Source of the DNA: a virus
Lineage: Duplodnaviria > Caudoviricetes
Direction: 5' to 3' (one strand)
Virus record (IMG/VR): IMGVR_UViG_3300030330_001659
Span: 1 to 55,997 of that record
Length of the DNA: 55,997 bases
This document shows positions 9,556 to 21,500 of this stretch, piece by piece (position 1 is the stretch's first letter; every line of letters begins with the position of its first letter). The notes under the pieces were generated by a model, which saw only the letters and a program-made list of their open reading frames with translations, had not been told where the DNA came from and did no database searches. The position numbers were made by a program, and so were the translations under genes.

Positions 9556-10113
9556 ATGGGAAGTGGAGGCGGAGGCACTACTACTCAGGTAGCAAACTCA
9601 GGGATAGCTGATCAATTTGCGCCATACGTAGAAAGAGTTTTATCAGACGTTACTGATATGTATGAGGCTGATAGATTAAAAGGCCCTGAATCTGTTGTAG
9701 CAGATCTTACTCAAGAGCAAAAAGATGCGCTTACTGCACAAAAAGGTTTTGCTCAAGATATGATGGCAGGTACAGGTATTTTTGATACTGCTGCAGCTAG
9801 AGAAGCAGACTTAAAAGGTATATTAGGTAGTAGTATGGGACAAGCAGCTACTGGTGGTATGCTAGGTTCTGCTAGATCTCAGGCTGCTATGAATCAAGCA
9901 TTAGCTGATAGATCTTTAGAGTTTGCAAAAGACAGACAGCAAACCGCCTTGGGTGGGTCAGACTTGTTAGGAGACGTAGGTAGCGTACAGCAAGCTTACA
10001 AACAACAGCTATTAGATGCTGATGATACTATGGCTACTAGATACTTTGGCTATTTAGGATCACAAGCAGTGCCTCGATCAACTACTACTACACAAACAGG
10101 AGGCGGCAAATGA
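9556..10113 (+). CDS. Internal virion (ejection/pilot) protein
   Basis: MGSGGGGTTTQ start, Ala/Gln-rich helices, GGMLGSAR motif. Confidence 0.7.
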   Translation: MGSGGGGTTTQVANSGIADQFAPYVERVLSDVTDMYEADRLKGPESVVADLTQEQKDALTAQKGFAQDMMAGTGIFDTAAAREADLKGILGSSMGQAATGGMLGSARSQAAMNQALADRSLEFAKDRQQTALGGSDLLGDVGSVQQAYKQQLLDADDTMATRYFGYLGSQAVPRSTTTTQTGGGK

Positions 10114-10790
10114 TAAGTCTAGCACAACCTATGATAGGTATGGCTCCTATGCAAGCAAGAAGAGAAGACCCACAAGTACCTATGCTTCAACGTAAACAAT
10201 CACCACTAGGTATGGCTACTGATATAGCAGAAACTAAAGCTATAGATTATGCATTAGGACAAGTAGGAAAAGAAGGAGCAAAGAAAGCGCTTTCTGCTGC
10301 AGGTGGTGCAATGATGGGACCTATGGGTGCAATAGGTGGAGAAGTTGTAGGTGAAATGCTAGCACCGTTCTTAAAAAGTTTATTCTTTGCAAGAGGTGGT
10401 TATGCAGGACCATTAGCTTTAGCACCAGGTGGAGAAGTAACTAATGGTGTACCTAAAAAATATAAAGGGTTTTCTAAACTACCTGAAGCCGTACAGCAAA
10501 AGATAGATCCAGAGTTAGCTAGAAAATATAATGAAGGAGCTTTTGTAATGCCAAAGTCTGGTGAAGAACTAATGTTTGGTAATATGGGTATGTCACCTAC
10601 TTCTGTTGATAGTGTGTTTCAAAACTTTTTGCGATCAGGTAAAATGCCATTAGGCGCAGGATATAGTATTAAACCTGATATGGGTAAGGGTAGCGGAAGC
10701 TTAACGTTAGAGTACGAAATATCTAAAGACCCTTCTAGAAATATGATGACCGGCATAAAGAATATGTTTAATAATTTTAGAGGACGTTGA
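10110..10790 (+). CDS. Putative internal virion protein
   Basis: Gly/Met-rich amphipathic segment and KGFSKLPEAVQQKI motif; within the ejection cluster. Confidence 0.6.
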   Translation: MISLAQPMIGMAPMQARREDPQVPMLQRKQSPLGMATDIAETKAIDYALGQVGKEGAKKALSAAGGAMMGPMGAIGGEVVGEMLAPFLKSLFFARGGYAGPLALAPGGEVTNGVPKKYKGFSKLPEAVQQKIDPELARKYNEGAFVMPKSGEELMFGNMGMSPTSVDSVFQNFLRSGKMPLGAGYSIKPDMGKGSGSLTLEYEISKDPSRNMMTGIKNMFNNFRGR

Positions 10791-10791
10791 T

Positions 10792-11517
10792 ATGGCAGTA
10801 GGTTTTAGAGGCAGTTCTTCATTAGGAGGATCAACAGGTATAGATTTTGATAGTGATTATTTTGATATTCCAGTTACTCCGTTAAATAAAATAGTACCAA
10901 GAACAGACTACTCAGCTCCAGTAACGGGTGGTAATGAAGTAGCGTTAGGCAATACTTTTGATTCTGCTGCTTTTAATCAAAGCTATGATGTACCAGTAAT
11001 AGATCCTGCTATGTATGGTAGTTCTATAATGGACCGTAGCGAAGGACCTCCCATGTTATCCGAACCCGATTATTTTACCAAGGGTAAAGTTTTAACGGAG
11101 CAAGATATACAAAATTATTTAAATGATACTGAAGGTTTTGTATATAATCCAAGCACAAATAACTTTGAAGGTGCCGGAGATTATACATACCCACTAAGTA
11201 AAATAGCTCCCGGTTATTCTGATACACAAGAAAAGCTTATGTTAGGTATAAAGCCAGGTGTAACAACTGGTGATCAGCTAAGAGATATAGAGTTAAATAG
11301 ATTAAATACACAAAAGCTAGCATTTGAAGTTCCTATGGGTGAAGGTGTGGATATGTTTGATAATTATAATGAAGCCTATACAGGATTTGACAGCTCAGGA
11401 AATTTTACAGGAGCTCCATTGGATCTTGGTACGCAAGCTATGAATGATATACCTGACTACAGTCAACCTACACAAAGTGTATTTGATGAAGGTGGAGCTT
11501 TTGGAGGAAAACAATAA
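10792..11517 (+). CDS. Acidic hypothetical virion-module protein
   Basis: 241 aa Asp-rich ORF tightly packed in the operon. Confidence 0.65.
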   Translation: MAVGFRGSSSLGGSTGIDFDSDYFDIPVTPLNKIVPRTDYSAPVTGGNEVALGNTFDSAAFNQSYDVPVIDPAMYGSSIMDRSEGPPMLSEPDYFTKGKVLTEQDIQNYLNDTEGFVYNPSTNNFEGAGDYTYPLSKIAPGYSDTQEKLMLGIKPGVTTGDQLRDIELNRLNTQKLAFEVPMGEGVDMFDNYNEAYTGFDSSGNFTGAPLDLGTQAMNDIPDYSQPTQSVFDEGGAFGGKQ

Positions 11518-14489
11518 TGCAGCTTAAAAAGTTTACAAGAAAAGACCGACATGGGAATATGATGTCTTTTGAATTTGACGTACCGCAAGCTAATGTACCT
11601 GCTATGCAATCAATTCCTATGTATGACCATCCAGGCGAACCTAAAGGTACAGATACCGTGCCAGCTTGGCTTACACCCGGTGAGTTTGTAGTAAACAAAG
11701 AAGCCACAGAAATGTTTGGTCCTACAATAAAAAAGATGAACGATATAGGTAGGCAAAAACAAAATCAAAACAAAGCTATGTACGCACAAACAGGTACAGA
11801 AGTACTATCTCGTGGCTTATTAGATGAAGATGAAGCATTCCAAACTCAGCTTAATAAAATGCTAGACAAGTACGAAGGATCAGAGTTTACTAAAGATAAG
11901 CTATATAACATTATAGATGGAGAAAGTAGCTTTGACCCTACTGTTAAGAACAAAGAAAGCAGTGCTACTGGTTTATTTCAGTTTACTGATACTGCTATAA
12001 ACGATTTAAAAGATCAGGGTAAGATAGATAAAGACTTTACTACATCCGATGTTGCAAGTATGAGTCCCACTGATCAATTAAAACTGTATGAAACATACTT
12101 AGACAGATGGAAGTATGGTGGAGATGCGCATTTAGGAATTATGCAAGCAGCTCCTGGTAAATATTTTGAAAAATTTAGAAGTGGTGATAACAAAGGAGAC
12201 TTAAATCAAGAGGTTTTTGCTAAAGGTAGTGACAGCTATGAACGAAATAAAGTTTGGGCAGGCGATGATGGCAAAATGACTTTTGCTAGTATCTCAAATT
12301 ACTATGATAGTAGAGCTAAAGATAAAATACCTGGTGTTACTGTGGCAAAACTTCAACCAGATACGTCTGCTAGCCCTACACAGGTGGCCGCTGACGCGTC
12401 TTCAGTACCTTCTATGAATATAGGTATACCGCCAAGGGACATGTCCTCTATGGAGCCGATTGCAGGGCCAAGTTCTGGTAGAATTGCTAGAGTTATGGGT
12501 AATAGACAGCCATCTAATGAGTATACTAACTTCCTTAGAAACTTAAATATAAACAAAGGGGTTATGCCTAACAGAAATGTTACGCTAGATACAAGACAAA
12601 TACCTGGTGTAAACCCAATGTTAGACATAAATAAACCAGCTGGCGTACCGATACCTACAGGAGTAGTTGATGGTAAGCGTGTAGCGTTAACACCTGAATA
12701 TTTAGATGCAATGCAAGATAATGATATGGGTGGATTAGGGGCAGACTCGCAAGTATTTAAAGATTTTGTTGGTAGTAGGTTAAGAGTGCCTGTAACTAAA
12801 GCGCCTCCTAGTCAAGTTATACCTAAAGTTTCAGAGATTGCTGATATACCAGGTGTTGCAACTGTACCAGATGAGCAAAAGAGAGGTCAAACGCGTCAAC
12901 GATATGATCTATACGAAGGTACAGACAGACCAACAAGTCAACAAGAACTTGATCGAAGAGCTATGGAAAACTTTAATCCTCCAGAACTAGATAGACTTGT
13001 TGATAGTATGCAAGCAGATATTAATAAACAAAATGCACCACAGTTTTTAAGTGATGACGAAATAAAAAGATCTGAAGGTCTTGGTAAAGAGATTCAAGCT
13101 ATTGATGATTTTGCTAGAAGAGCTGGTAAATATTTAGTTAGCCCTAAAGAGTTTAAAAACGAAAGAGGTCTTACAGGTAAACAAGAAGAAAAGGCACAAG
13201 CAGATTTAGCAAAGATGGAAAAGCTAGAGCCTATTGAGAAAGGCTACGATCAAAAACAAAGAGTTGCTACAGAAATAGAGAAACAAAACAAAAATCAAAC
13301 AGGGCCTGGGCCAGATCAGCCAGGTAATAATGCTGATCCTGATACTGTTAAGAACACAGGGTCTAATGCTCCTGCTGCAGAACAAAATAAAACAACTAGT
13401 TTTCTAAAAGGTTTGTTTGGTAGCTTGTTTGACACTGATGAACTAAAGCGTATGGCTGTAATGTATCTTGGTTCTAGATTAATGGGCTATAGTCATGGTG
13501 GTAGTTTAAGTTTTTCTGTTAAAAACTACTTACAAAGAGTTGATGCTAAAGAAAAGGCTGCTGTAAAGTTTGCAACAAGCGCGGGTGCAGCTAAAGCTTA
13601 TACTGCTAAGTCACTAGCTAAGTATGCAAAGAGTGGTAACATAACAGATTTAATTCCGTTACCTAGACAGCTCATATCTACAGGAAATGCTACTACTTTC
13701 TATGGTAATAAAAACGGCAAAGACTTTAAAATACAAGTTATGGAGTATAAAGCTGGTGCAGGAGATAACGCTCCTAGAGTATTTTTAGATAAGTTTGGTA
13801 ACGAGCATAACCCTCTTGACTATGACTTAGATCCTATATATAATAAAAACAGCCCTAAACATAGAGATGCTTTAGACTCATACACAAAAACTTTTGCAGA
13901 TGTTATGACTTCTGTTAGAGAAAAAGTTAGTCTTTTAAGTATAGATAAAGGAAAGAAAACGTATGTAGACGATGTAATTCCTGCAACAGATGCTGGAGCT
14001 GTAGCATCTTGGGCATTAGATAATAAAGTAGAACTACCTAGAATGCCTCAGTTAATTGAGTTAGCTTACAGAGATATGGTAGAAGATGCAGGTAGAGGAT
14101 ACAAAGCTACTAGTATTGTTGGCTATTTAGATTCTCTTAAAATTAGAGAAACTATTTTAGATGGTACAGAAGCAGATAGACTATTTAGATTAGAGCCTGA
14201 TACAGAGCAAGAAAAAGCTAGAGGTTTTGGTAAGCCTGTTGACGCTAAAGAGTTTACAAGGTTACGAGATAACGCAGTTAGATGGTTAAGAATTACTAAG
14301 CCTGAGCTATCTGGAATACCAAATCAAGAAGTAGCTATAGGAGCTTTTCAAGAGCTAGTAAGTCAATGGAATACTTTAACTGATGAGCAACAAGCTCAAT
14401 GGAATAAGAAGGCTTCTAAAACAACAACTGGTTTTATGGAATGGTCTAAAGCATCTATAAACAATGTACTTAGCACAATGGTGGATTAA
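11517..14489 (+). CDS. Large ejection protein with a lytic transglycosylase (SLT-like) domain
   Basis: IDGESSFDP...SATGLFQF SLT signature; N-terminal GTDTVPAWLTPGEFVVN motif. Confidence 0.75.
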   Translation: MQLKKFTRKDRHGNMMSFEFDVPQANVPAMQSIPMYDHPGEPKGTDTVPAWLTPGEFVVNKEATEMFGPTIKKMNDIGRQKQNQNKAMYAQTGTEVLSRGLLDEDEAFQTQLNKMLDKYEGSEFTKDKLYNIIDGESSFDPTVKNKESSATGLFQFTDTAINDLKDQGKIDKDFTTSDVASMSPTDQLKLYETYLDRWKYGGDAHLGIMQAAPGKYFEKFRSGDNKGDLNQEVFAKGSDSYERNKVWAGDDGKMTFASISNYYDSRAKDKIPGVTVAKLQPDTSASPTQVAADASSVPSMNIGIPPRDMSSMEPIAGPSSGRIARVMGNRQPSNEYTNFLRNLNINKGVMPNRNVTLDTRQIPGVNPMLDINKPAGVPIPTGVVDGKRVALTPEYLDAMQDNDMGGLGADSQVFKDFVGSRLRVPVTKAPPSQVIPKVSEIADIPGVATVPDEQKRGQTRQRYDLYEGTDRPTSQQELDRRAMENFNPPELDRLVDSMQADINKQNAPQFLSDDEIKRSEGLGKEIQAIDDFARRAGKYLVSPKEFKNERGLTGKQEEKAQADLAKMEKLEPIEKGYDQKQRVATEIEKQNKNQTGPGPDQPGNNADPDTVKNTGSNAPAAEQNKTTSFLKGLFGSLFDTDELKRMAVMYLGSRLMGYSHGGSLSFSVKNYLQRVDAKEKAAVKFATSAGAAKAYTAKSLAKYAKSGNITDLIPLPRQLISTGNATTFYGNKNGKDFKIQVMEYKAGAGDNAPRVFLDKFGNEHNPLDYDLDPIYNKNSPKHRDALDSYTKTFADVMTSVREKVSLLSIDKGKKTYVDDVIPATDAGAVASWALDNKVELPRMPQLIELAYRDMVEDAGRGYKATSIVGYLDSLKIRETILDGTEADRLFRLEPDTEQEKARGFGKPVDAKEFTRLRDNAVRWLRITKPELSGIPNQEVAIGAFQELVSQWNTLTDEQQAQWNKKASKTTTGFMEWSKASINNVLSTMVD

Positions 14490-17400
14490 TGGCAATATCA
14501 GCTGATAGAGTAGCAGAAAGGTTATTAGGTAAAGATCTTAATGACGATTATGCTTTTATTGACGGAGATACTCTGGCTTCTACTAGTGAAGTAGATCAAT
14601 ATGGTAATCCATTAAAGTTTAGAATGAAAGGCATAGATGCGCCGGAAGTTACAAAAGTATTTGGTGCTGATAACGTTGCATTAGGAACTGCAGGATCTGA
14701 AAAAGCTAATGAAGCGCTAATGCAGTTAGCAAAGAAAGAAGGTTTTACTAACGTATTTCGTACAGGTAAGTTTGATCCTAATGGTCGTGAGCTAATAGAT
14801 TTACAGGATGACAAAGGTAGAAGTTGGGAACAAACGTTAGTAAGAACTGGTGTATTAAATCCTACTAGATATTCTTCTGAAGGTGCAATAAGATCCTATA
14901 AAGCAGCTCAAGCACTAGGCACTGACGGTCTAGGAGAAAACTACGACTTAGCAAGAAACGTTATTGCAGAAGCTATAGCTGATGAAACAAAGTATGAGCA
15001 AAGATTTAGACAAAAAGCTATAGATGAAACACAGCTTGCATATACTGGTGGCCTATACGCTTCTAATAACGTTATGTTTAGAGATCGATCGAGAGATTTT
15101 GAAAACAAAGCTATGAGTCCTTTTTCTACAGCTTGGGATATAGGTCTTACTGGCGCTATAGAAGGATTATATGGTGCTGTCGAGCTTATAGGAGAAACTT
15201 CTGGTTGGGACTGGGCTAAAAACGTAGGTGAAGCTGGTATATATAGAGCTAGAGAAAAGCTACAAAAGAATCCTGAAGTAGTTACTAGTTATAAAGATAT
15301 TGATGGGTTCTTTGGTAAAGAAGGATTCTTGCAATATGTTGCTAACAACGGTGCTATATCTTTACCTTATATGGCAGCTACTATAACTGGTGCAGTTGCT
15401 GCTCCTTATGTAGGGGCTAGTGCGTTAGGTGTTGCAGCCACAGGTGCTGTGTTATCTCCTGTTGCTTTATATACAGGTACAATATGGAACGACCAAGAAG
15501 GTGATAATAAAAATGCTTACTTAGCTGTAGCCGGTGGTGTATCGCAATCTGTATTAGATAGATTAGGTCTTAGGTTTTTGAATCCAGCTGCATTGTTAAC
15601 TAAAGAAGGCAGACAACAAGCTATTACAGCCATGACAAATAATGCTGATGACGTAGCAGGTAGAGCGATGCAAGCTAGAAATAGAGCTTTATTTGGTAGA
15701 ACTATTACTAGCGAAGAAGATGCTAGAAAAGCGTTGCTAACATTATCAAGACAAGAAGTAGCTAAATACGCTGATGATGCTGCAAGATTTGCTAAGAATC
15801 AAATTACTGCTAGAAACGTGGCTAGAAATCAATTAACTCGTATTGCTAAAGCAGGTGCTGGTGAAGGTATAACAGAAGCTTTACAAGAAGCTATTGGTTA
15901 TACTGCTGCACATACTGCTAATGGTTTTAGAGACTGGGATGCTAATGAGTTTAAAGATAGACTTATAGATGCTACTATTGCTGGTACATCTCTTGGTGGT
16001 GCTATATCAATACCAGGTGGTGTATACGATTATGGTGCATGGGTAGATGTAGCATACAGAACTGGGCCAGATACAGGTCGACAAACGTCTGATATGGGTA
16101 GATTAGCACAACAAGATATAGAGGCTAATGGTCAACAGTATAATGTACAACAAGAAAATGCAAGAGTAAAAGCTGCTACAGATAATATTAATCAAAGAGT
16201 AGAAGCACTACAACAAAGATTATCAAATAGACGATTAAACAGAAGAGAAAGACAACAAGCAGAATCTGAGTTAGCAGAGCTAGGTGGCGTAGATCTTAAC
16301 GATAGAGCTGATGCACACGTAGCGGCTAAACAAGACAGAGCTGTAGGTCAAATTGCTAAAGACTGGTGGAAAGGTATACCTGGTTTATGGCGAGGTATGA
16401 CTAGATTTATGTTTGATAACCAAGGTGGTATACAACAAGACTCTGTAACTGCTAGAATACTAGGTGAATCTGTAGGATCTAACTTACAACGATCTGTTTC
16501 TGGTGAAACATATGAAAACAGAAAACATAACTTAATTTCTGAGATTAAATACAGACTAGGAGATGTGTCAGATTTACTTGCTGCGTTTGGTAGAACTGAT
16601 AAACGTAAATCTAGATTAGAATTTAGTGAGCAATACTATGAAGTATTTGAAGCTGCAAGATCTAGAGCAGCCAGAGAAAATAGAGATATAAACTGGGATA
16701 TAGACTTACCTGAAAACTTACAACCTTTTGCTAATGCTTTTAGAAATTTTCATAATAAACTTATAGAAACAGGTGACAGACTACATAACATGCAAGCAGT
16801 TCATAATCCTGAACTAGGTTATGTAAATGATTATTTATCTAGGTATAAGTCATTAGATAAACTAGCTATAGAAAACAATAGAGCTGAGTTTGAATTAGCA
16901 CTTACTAACATTATTAATGACGAAGGTCAACAAGTACTTACACCACAAGCAGCTAAAGAACTTACAGATCAAATACTACAAATAGATGGAGCTGATGTTC
17001 CTTCTAACTTTACACTTGATGGTGGGTTTTCTGTTACTGACAGATCTACGTTTAGACCACAGTCGCATAGAGGTAGAACATTAAACCTTTCTGATAGAGC
17101 AGAGTTTAAGCAGTTTATGGAAAGAGATATATTTACTAACGTATCTAATGCTGCTAAGTCTGCTGTAAGATATACAGTATTAGAAGAGTATGTAGGTAGT
17201 AACAATGCTAAGCTTAATTATAGATTAAATAAAATAGAAGAAGAGCTTATAGAGTCTGGTAAGTATACTGTTGATGAAGCAAGAGCTAGAGTTAATAAAC
17301 TTGCGTTTGATCTTAAAAACTACTTTGATGCTGAGTCAGGTAACTACAAGAGAAACATACCACCTATACTTAGGCATGCACAAAAGAACATATTATTTGT

Positions 17401-18583
17401 AACTACTATTACTGGTTTGCCACTAGCTACACTATCTAATTTTGTTGAGCTAGGTTTGACTAGTGTTGGGCTAACACAAAAACAAATTTTTGGTGAGAAA
17501 GGTAGTATTAACTCTATAGCTAGATCGTTTGCAGATGAGTTTGGAAATACTGCTAATAGATTGTATGGTACTATAGCTAACCAACCAGCACCACATAAAA
17601 GAGGTAGGTTTGGTCATGCTATATTAAAGAAGCTAGGTTTCTTTGATTGGGAAGTTGGTGCTGCTCATACAACAGGTGTTAGTGAAACAGGTAGATGGCA
17701 CCAAAGAATACTTGATATGTACTTTAAGACTATCTTATTACAACAATGGACTAACGCTGCACGTGCTGCAAGAGCTGCTATAGCTTTAGATTACATTAGT
17801 GATAAGGTAGCTATAATGGTAGCTGCAAGACAAGCAGATATAACAACTAACGAGTCTCGAGAAGCAGAAGAGGGGCTAAGAAACTTAGGATTAGACACAC
17901 AGTTTTTACTTAGATACCATACTGGTTTTGTTAGAGACGAGCAAACAGTATTACCTAATCAAGATGTAAGACAGCAGTGGGAAAGAATGATTAATGATGC
18001 TACATTTAACTTTATAAATGAAGCTGTTGCATTACCACAGTCTGCAAACAGACCTTTGATATTTCAAGATCCAAGGTTTGCTTTGTTTACACAGTTTCAA
18101 GGTTTTATAGCTACGTTTACTGCTAACCATATACCTAAAATGTATACTCAGTTAGCTAAACGTGGTACTCCAGCAATGAAATACAACATATTTGCTACAG
18201 TATCTACAATGATACTATTAGGATTTGTATCTCAACACCTAAAAGATTTATTAAAGTACGGAGAAACTACACCTTACTTTAAAGGTATGGAGTATATTAG
18301 AAGAGGGGTAGGAGCTAGTGGACTACTAGGTACAAGTGAAAGAGTTATTGACTTTGTTTTCCCAATGTATGACAAAAGATATGGCTCAAATGTAGAATGG
18401 TTCTTTGGTACAATAGCTAGTGAATCAGCTGGTGTAAGTAAAGCACTTAGAATAGGTGATATAACCGCTGATGTCATAACAGGAGAAAAGCCACCAGAAA
18501 CTATAGTTAAAGTTACACCGATAGCACAAGTTGCTTATCAACAAATAGATAAACAAGCTTATAAATGGGGTTTTGGAGAATAA
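14489..18583 (+). CDS. Large ejection protein with an N-terminal staphylococcal-nuclease (thermonuclease)-like domain
   Basis: IDGDTL, RMKGIDAPE and DPNGREL motifs in the first ~120 aa; the rest is helical, with a hydrophobic Ala/Gly-rich segment. Confidence 0.75.
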   Translation: MAISADRVAERLLGKDLNDDYAFIDGDTLASTSEVDQYGNPLKFRMKGIDAPEVTKVFGADNVALGTAGSEKANEALMQLAKKEGFTNVFRTGKFDPNGRELIDLQDDKGRSWEQTLVRTGVLNPTRYSSEGAIRSYKAAQALGTDGLGENYDLARNVIAEAIADETKYEQRFRQKAIDETQLAYTGGLYASNNVMFRDRSRDFENKAMSPFSTAWDIGLTGAIEGLYGAVELIGETSGWDWAKNVGEAGIYRAREKLQKNPEVVTSYKDIDGFFGKEGFLQYVANNGAISLPYMAATITGAVAAPYVGASALGVAATGAVLSPVALYTGTIWNDQEGDNKNAYLAVAGGVSQSVLDRLGLRFLNPAALLTKEGRQQAITAMTNNADDVAGRAMQARNRALFGRTITSEEDARKALLTLSRQEVAKYADDAARFAKNQITARNVARNQLTRIAKAGAGEGITEALQEAIGYTAAHTANGFRDWDANEFKDRLIDATIAGTSLGGAISIPGGVYDYGAWVDVAYRTGPDTGRQTSDMGRLAQQDIEANGQQYNVQQENARVKAATDNINQRVEALQQRLSNRRLNRRERQQAESELAELGGVDLNDRADAHVAAKQDRAVGQIAKDWWKGIPGLWRGMTRFMFDNQGGIQQDSVTARILGESVGSNLQRSVSGETYENRKHNLISEIKYRLGDVSDLLAAFGRTDKRKSRLEFSEQYYEVFEAARSRAARENRDINWDIDLPENLQPFANAFRNFHNKLIETGDRLHNMQAVHNPELGYVNDYLSRYKSLDKLAIENNRAEFELALTNIINDEGQQVLTPQAAKELTDQILQIDGADVPSNFTLDGGFSVTDRSTFRPQSHRGRTLNLSDRAEFKQFMERDIFTNVSNAAKSAVRYTVLEEYVGSNNAKLNYRLNKIEEELIESGKYTVDEARARVNKLAFDLKNYFDAESGNYKRNIPPILRHAQKNILFVTTITGLPLATLSNFVELGLTSVGLTQKQIFGEKGSINSIARSFADEFGNTANRLYGTIANQPAPHKRGRFGHAILKKLGFFDWEVGAAHTTGVSETGRWHQRILDMYFKTILLQQWTNAARAARAAIALDYISDKVAIMVAARQADITTNESREAEEGLRNLGLDTQFLLRYHTGFVRDEQTVLPNQDVRQQWERMINDATFNFINEAVALPQSANRPLIFQDPRFALFTQFQGFIATFTANHIPKMYTQLAKRGTPAMKYNIFATVSTMILLGFVSQHLKDLLKYGETTPYFKGMEYIRRGVGASGLLGTSERVIDFVFPMYDKRYGSNVEWFFGTIASESAGVSKALRIGDITADVITGEKPPETIVKVTPIAQVAYQQIDKQAYKWGFGE

Positions 18584-18584
18584 C

Positions 18585-21500
18585 ATGGCAACAAGGATAA
18601 ATCCACAAAGTGGTTTAATGGAATTTGTAAAAGAACGAGAAGCTACGGGGGCTGTTTTAGATGAAAGACTTAGAAACAAAACACCCGTAGAGTCTTTACA
18701 ACAAGAAGGCCCTGCAACTTTAGCCGTAAAACCACAACCTATACGTCCTACACCAGCACCTTTTGTTTTACCTGAAGAACAAAAAGGTAGAGTAGATCAG
18801 ACAGCAGCTAGAGATAGGTTTGCACAACAAATAGCACAACAAGATGCTGCTAGACTTGCTCAAACGGCTGAGCTACAAAGAGAAGCTGAAAGAGTAAAGC
18901 CTATTAGTGAAATAGAGCCTGATGTTAAAGAGTTTGATGCTTACGAAAATGATGGTTTTGGCGAAGCTATTACGAGATCTAATAAATACATTCAGCTACT
19001 TTATGATAAGCTAGAATCTGGTGCTACAGTTACAGGAGCTTACTTATCACCAGCTCAAGGACTACCTATAGCTGCAGGCTTATCTCCTGTAGAAGCCGGA
19101 GAAGCTTCTGGTCAGTCAATAAACGTTAACTCTACAAAAGGTATACTGTTTGATCCTAAAGGATTTAATGCAGGTAAAATAAGAGGTGATGATGTAACTC
19201 AAGTAGATCCGTTGTTTGCTAGAGTTATGTCTATTATGACTGAAAGGTTTATATATCAAAATCAGTACAACGCTAAACCTGATCAGCAAACAGATAATAC
19301 AGATGATTTTACTGAAGCGACTTTACGTGAAACAGATCAAGTAAAACTAACAGATGAAGGTAAATTAAGACGTGGTTTAGGTAACCAACAGTTAGGTAGA
19401 GAAATATATAGAGCTTGGAAACGTGAACAAAACATAGCTCAAGGCAGACCTTCTGATGAGTACACTATGAAAGGTGTAACCGGAGATCAGTTTGAAACAA
19501 TAGGTACGCTTGCAAAAGAAATGTATCATGCTGCTAATCCTGAATTATATAATAGAATATCAGATTCTTTTAACAGAACAGTAGAATATGAGCTTACTAC
19601 TACCGGTGCTGCTGCTATGGAGGCTGCTGAAAAAGCTTCTCCTGCTATATTTACTGGTTATGAAATAAAACCTTCATCTGCTCCTAGATCTAAGTTAGCA
19701 CTTACTGAATCTGGGTTAGGAGAAGGAGCTAAGTATAGAAAAACTAAAACTACTTCTGTTGTAGATCGTAAAATGGCAGAGATAGAGGAAGCTGCAGAGA
19801 ATATGCATAGCGTTGCTCATGGTGTAGATCCTCTTAGAAGAAAGCTTTATATACAAATAGCCGTACAAGTTCTTACTGGTATGAAAGATAGAACTAGGCC
19901 ACCTGAACTAGGCGACTTACTTAAGATAGGTCCAGCTAAGTTTATAGCATTTAAAGGTGAGTATGCTAAAAAGCAACAAGACGATCCTAATCCTGATTAT
20001 AATCCTGCATTTGAAATGGAAAAGCAAGTTACTAGGTTTATAGAAAGTTTAAACACTATTGGCACTTATAGTAATAAAGCTAATCATTTAGATTTTGCCG
20101 TGCAAGAACTACAAAGTCGTATGCATGCTACACAAACAAGATTTAATCCTCAACTAGTTCCGTGGATTAGGTTTGTAACAGGAGGTATTAGACCTCCTAC
20201 TGTAAATCCTAATGCTAATACTCCTGCAACAGTAATGTTTAAAGAGTTAATGGCAAAACATTTTTTACCAGGTGCGGATAAGTTACTTCCTGAAAATAGA
20301 GTTGCTGCATTTGATACTGAATGGAACAGCCCTAACCATGGCGCTTTTGCTAATATTGTTGCTGATGGAAAAGGTATAGCAGATAGTTTACTAACGCCTG
20401 AACAAGATCAAGATGCTATAACAAAGCTAAAACAAATAAAGTTAACAGAAAAAGGAGTTACTGTACCTCCTGAGTTAGCTAATATACCAAGACTAACAAT
20501 TGGAGATTCATTAAAGAGTAAAGCTATTGGTGAAGAACTAGAAGGCTTAAACTTAATTGAAGCTGCTCATGAGCTATATCAGTTTGATAAAGCACAAAAG
20601 AACAACACAACGTTTAAGAGCAATATATCTGTAGAACTAGATGGTAAAACTCATGGACCAGCTAGTAACCTAATGCAATTAGGATCTATGAAGGCTGCAT
20701 TTAGAGCTGGTGTTTTGAGAAGAGAAGGAGCTACTAAAAACTTAGATACTATACCTATAAAAGAATTGTATCAAGGAGCACAAACAGACGACGAGTTAGC
20801 TGCTGGTGATATTAGAGATGGTATGAAGTATTTCATGGAAGAGAATGGTGACAAACATGCTCAAAACTATTTACCTAATAACGCAGCTTCTGCTCACTTA
20901 GTTAGTATACTTAAGTTAGCTTTAAAAGATAGGGACAACTTTCTTAAAAAGCCACCTATGACGCTTGCTTATGGTCAGTTACTTAAAAACTTAGATGCTG
21001 CTATATATGAAACAGTATTTACTGGTCCTCAGTCTGTAGCAATAAGAAACATTATAAACGGCAACTCAGATTTACCTTCTATATTAGATAAAAAGATACA
21101 ACAAAAGATGGATGCAGAAGGTGGAATGCTGATACCGTCTAGAGAAGATATGGTAGTTGAGTTCTTACACGATATATTAGCAGACTCTATTGATGCTGAG
21201 TTAGATCCAGGTGTCGTACAAGTAGGACAACTACTAAGAGCAAACAATGTTGTTGCTATGTTATCTGATGAGGTTATAAAAGTTAAGAATGCTATAGGTA
21301 TTGACAACTACATTGGTGCTAAAAGCTCTGTTATGAAAGATGTAGAAGGAAATATTGGTGTAGTATTCGGAGATACTTCTAATGTAAAGAGAGCAGGTAA
21401 CGTACCGTTGTATAGAAGTATGCCTTCAGGTAGTGCTATAAGAGAAGGTAAGCCCGGTGGCTGGGGTAGAGGTAGAATTATACCTGCTGTTATCCAAGGT

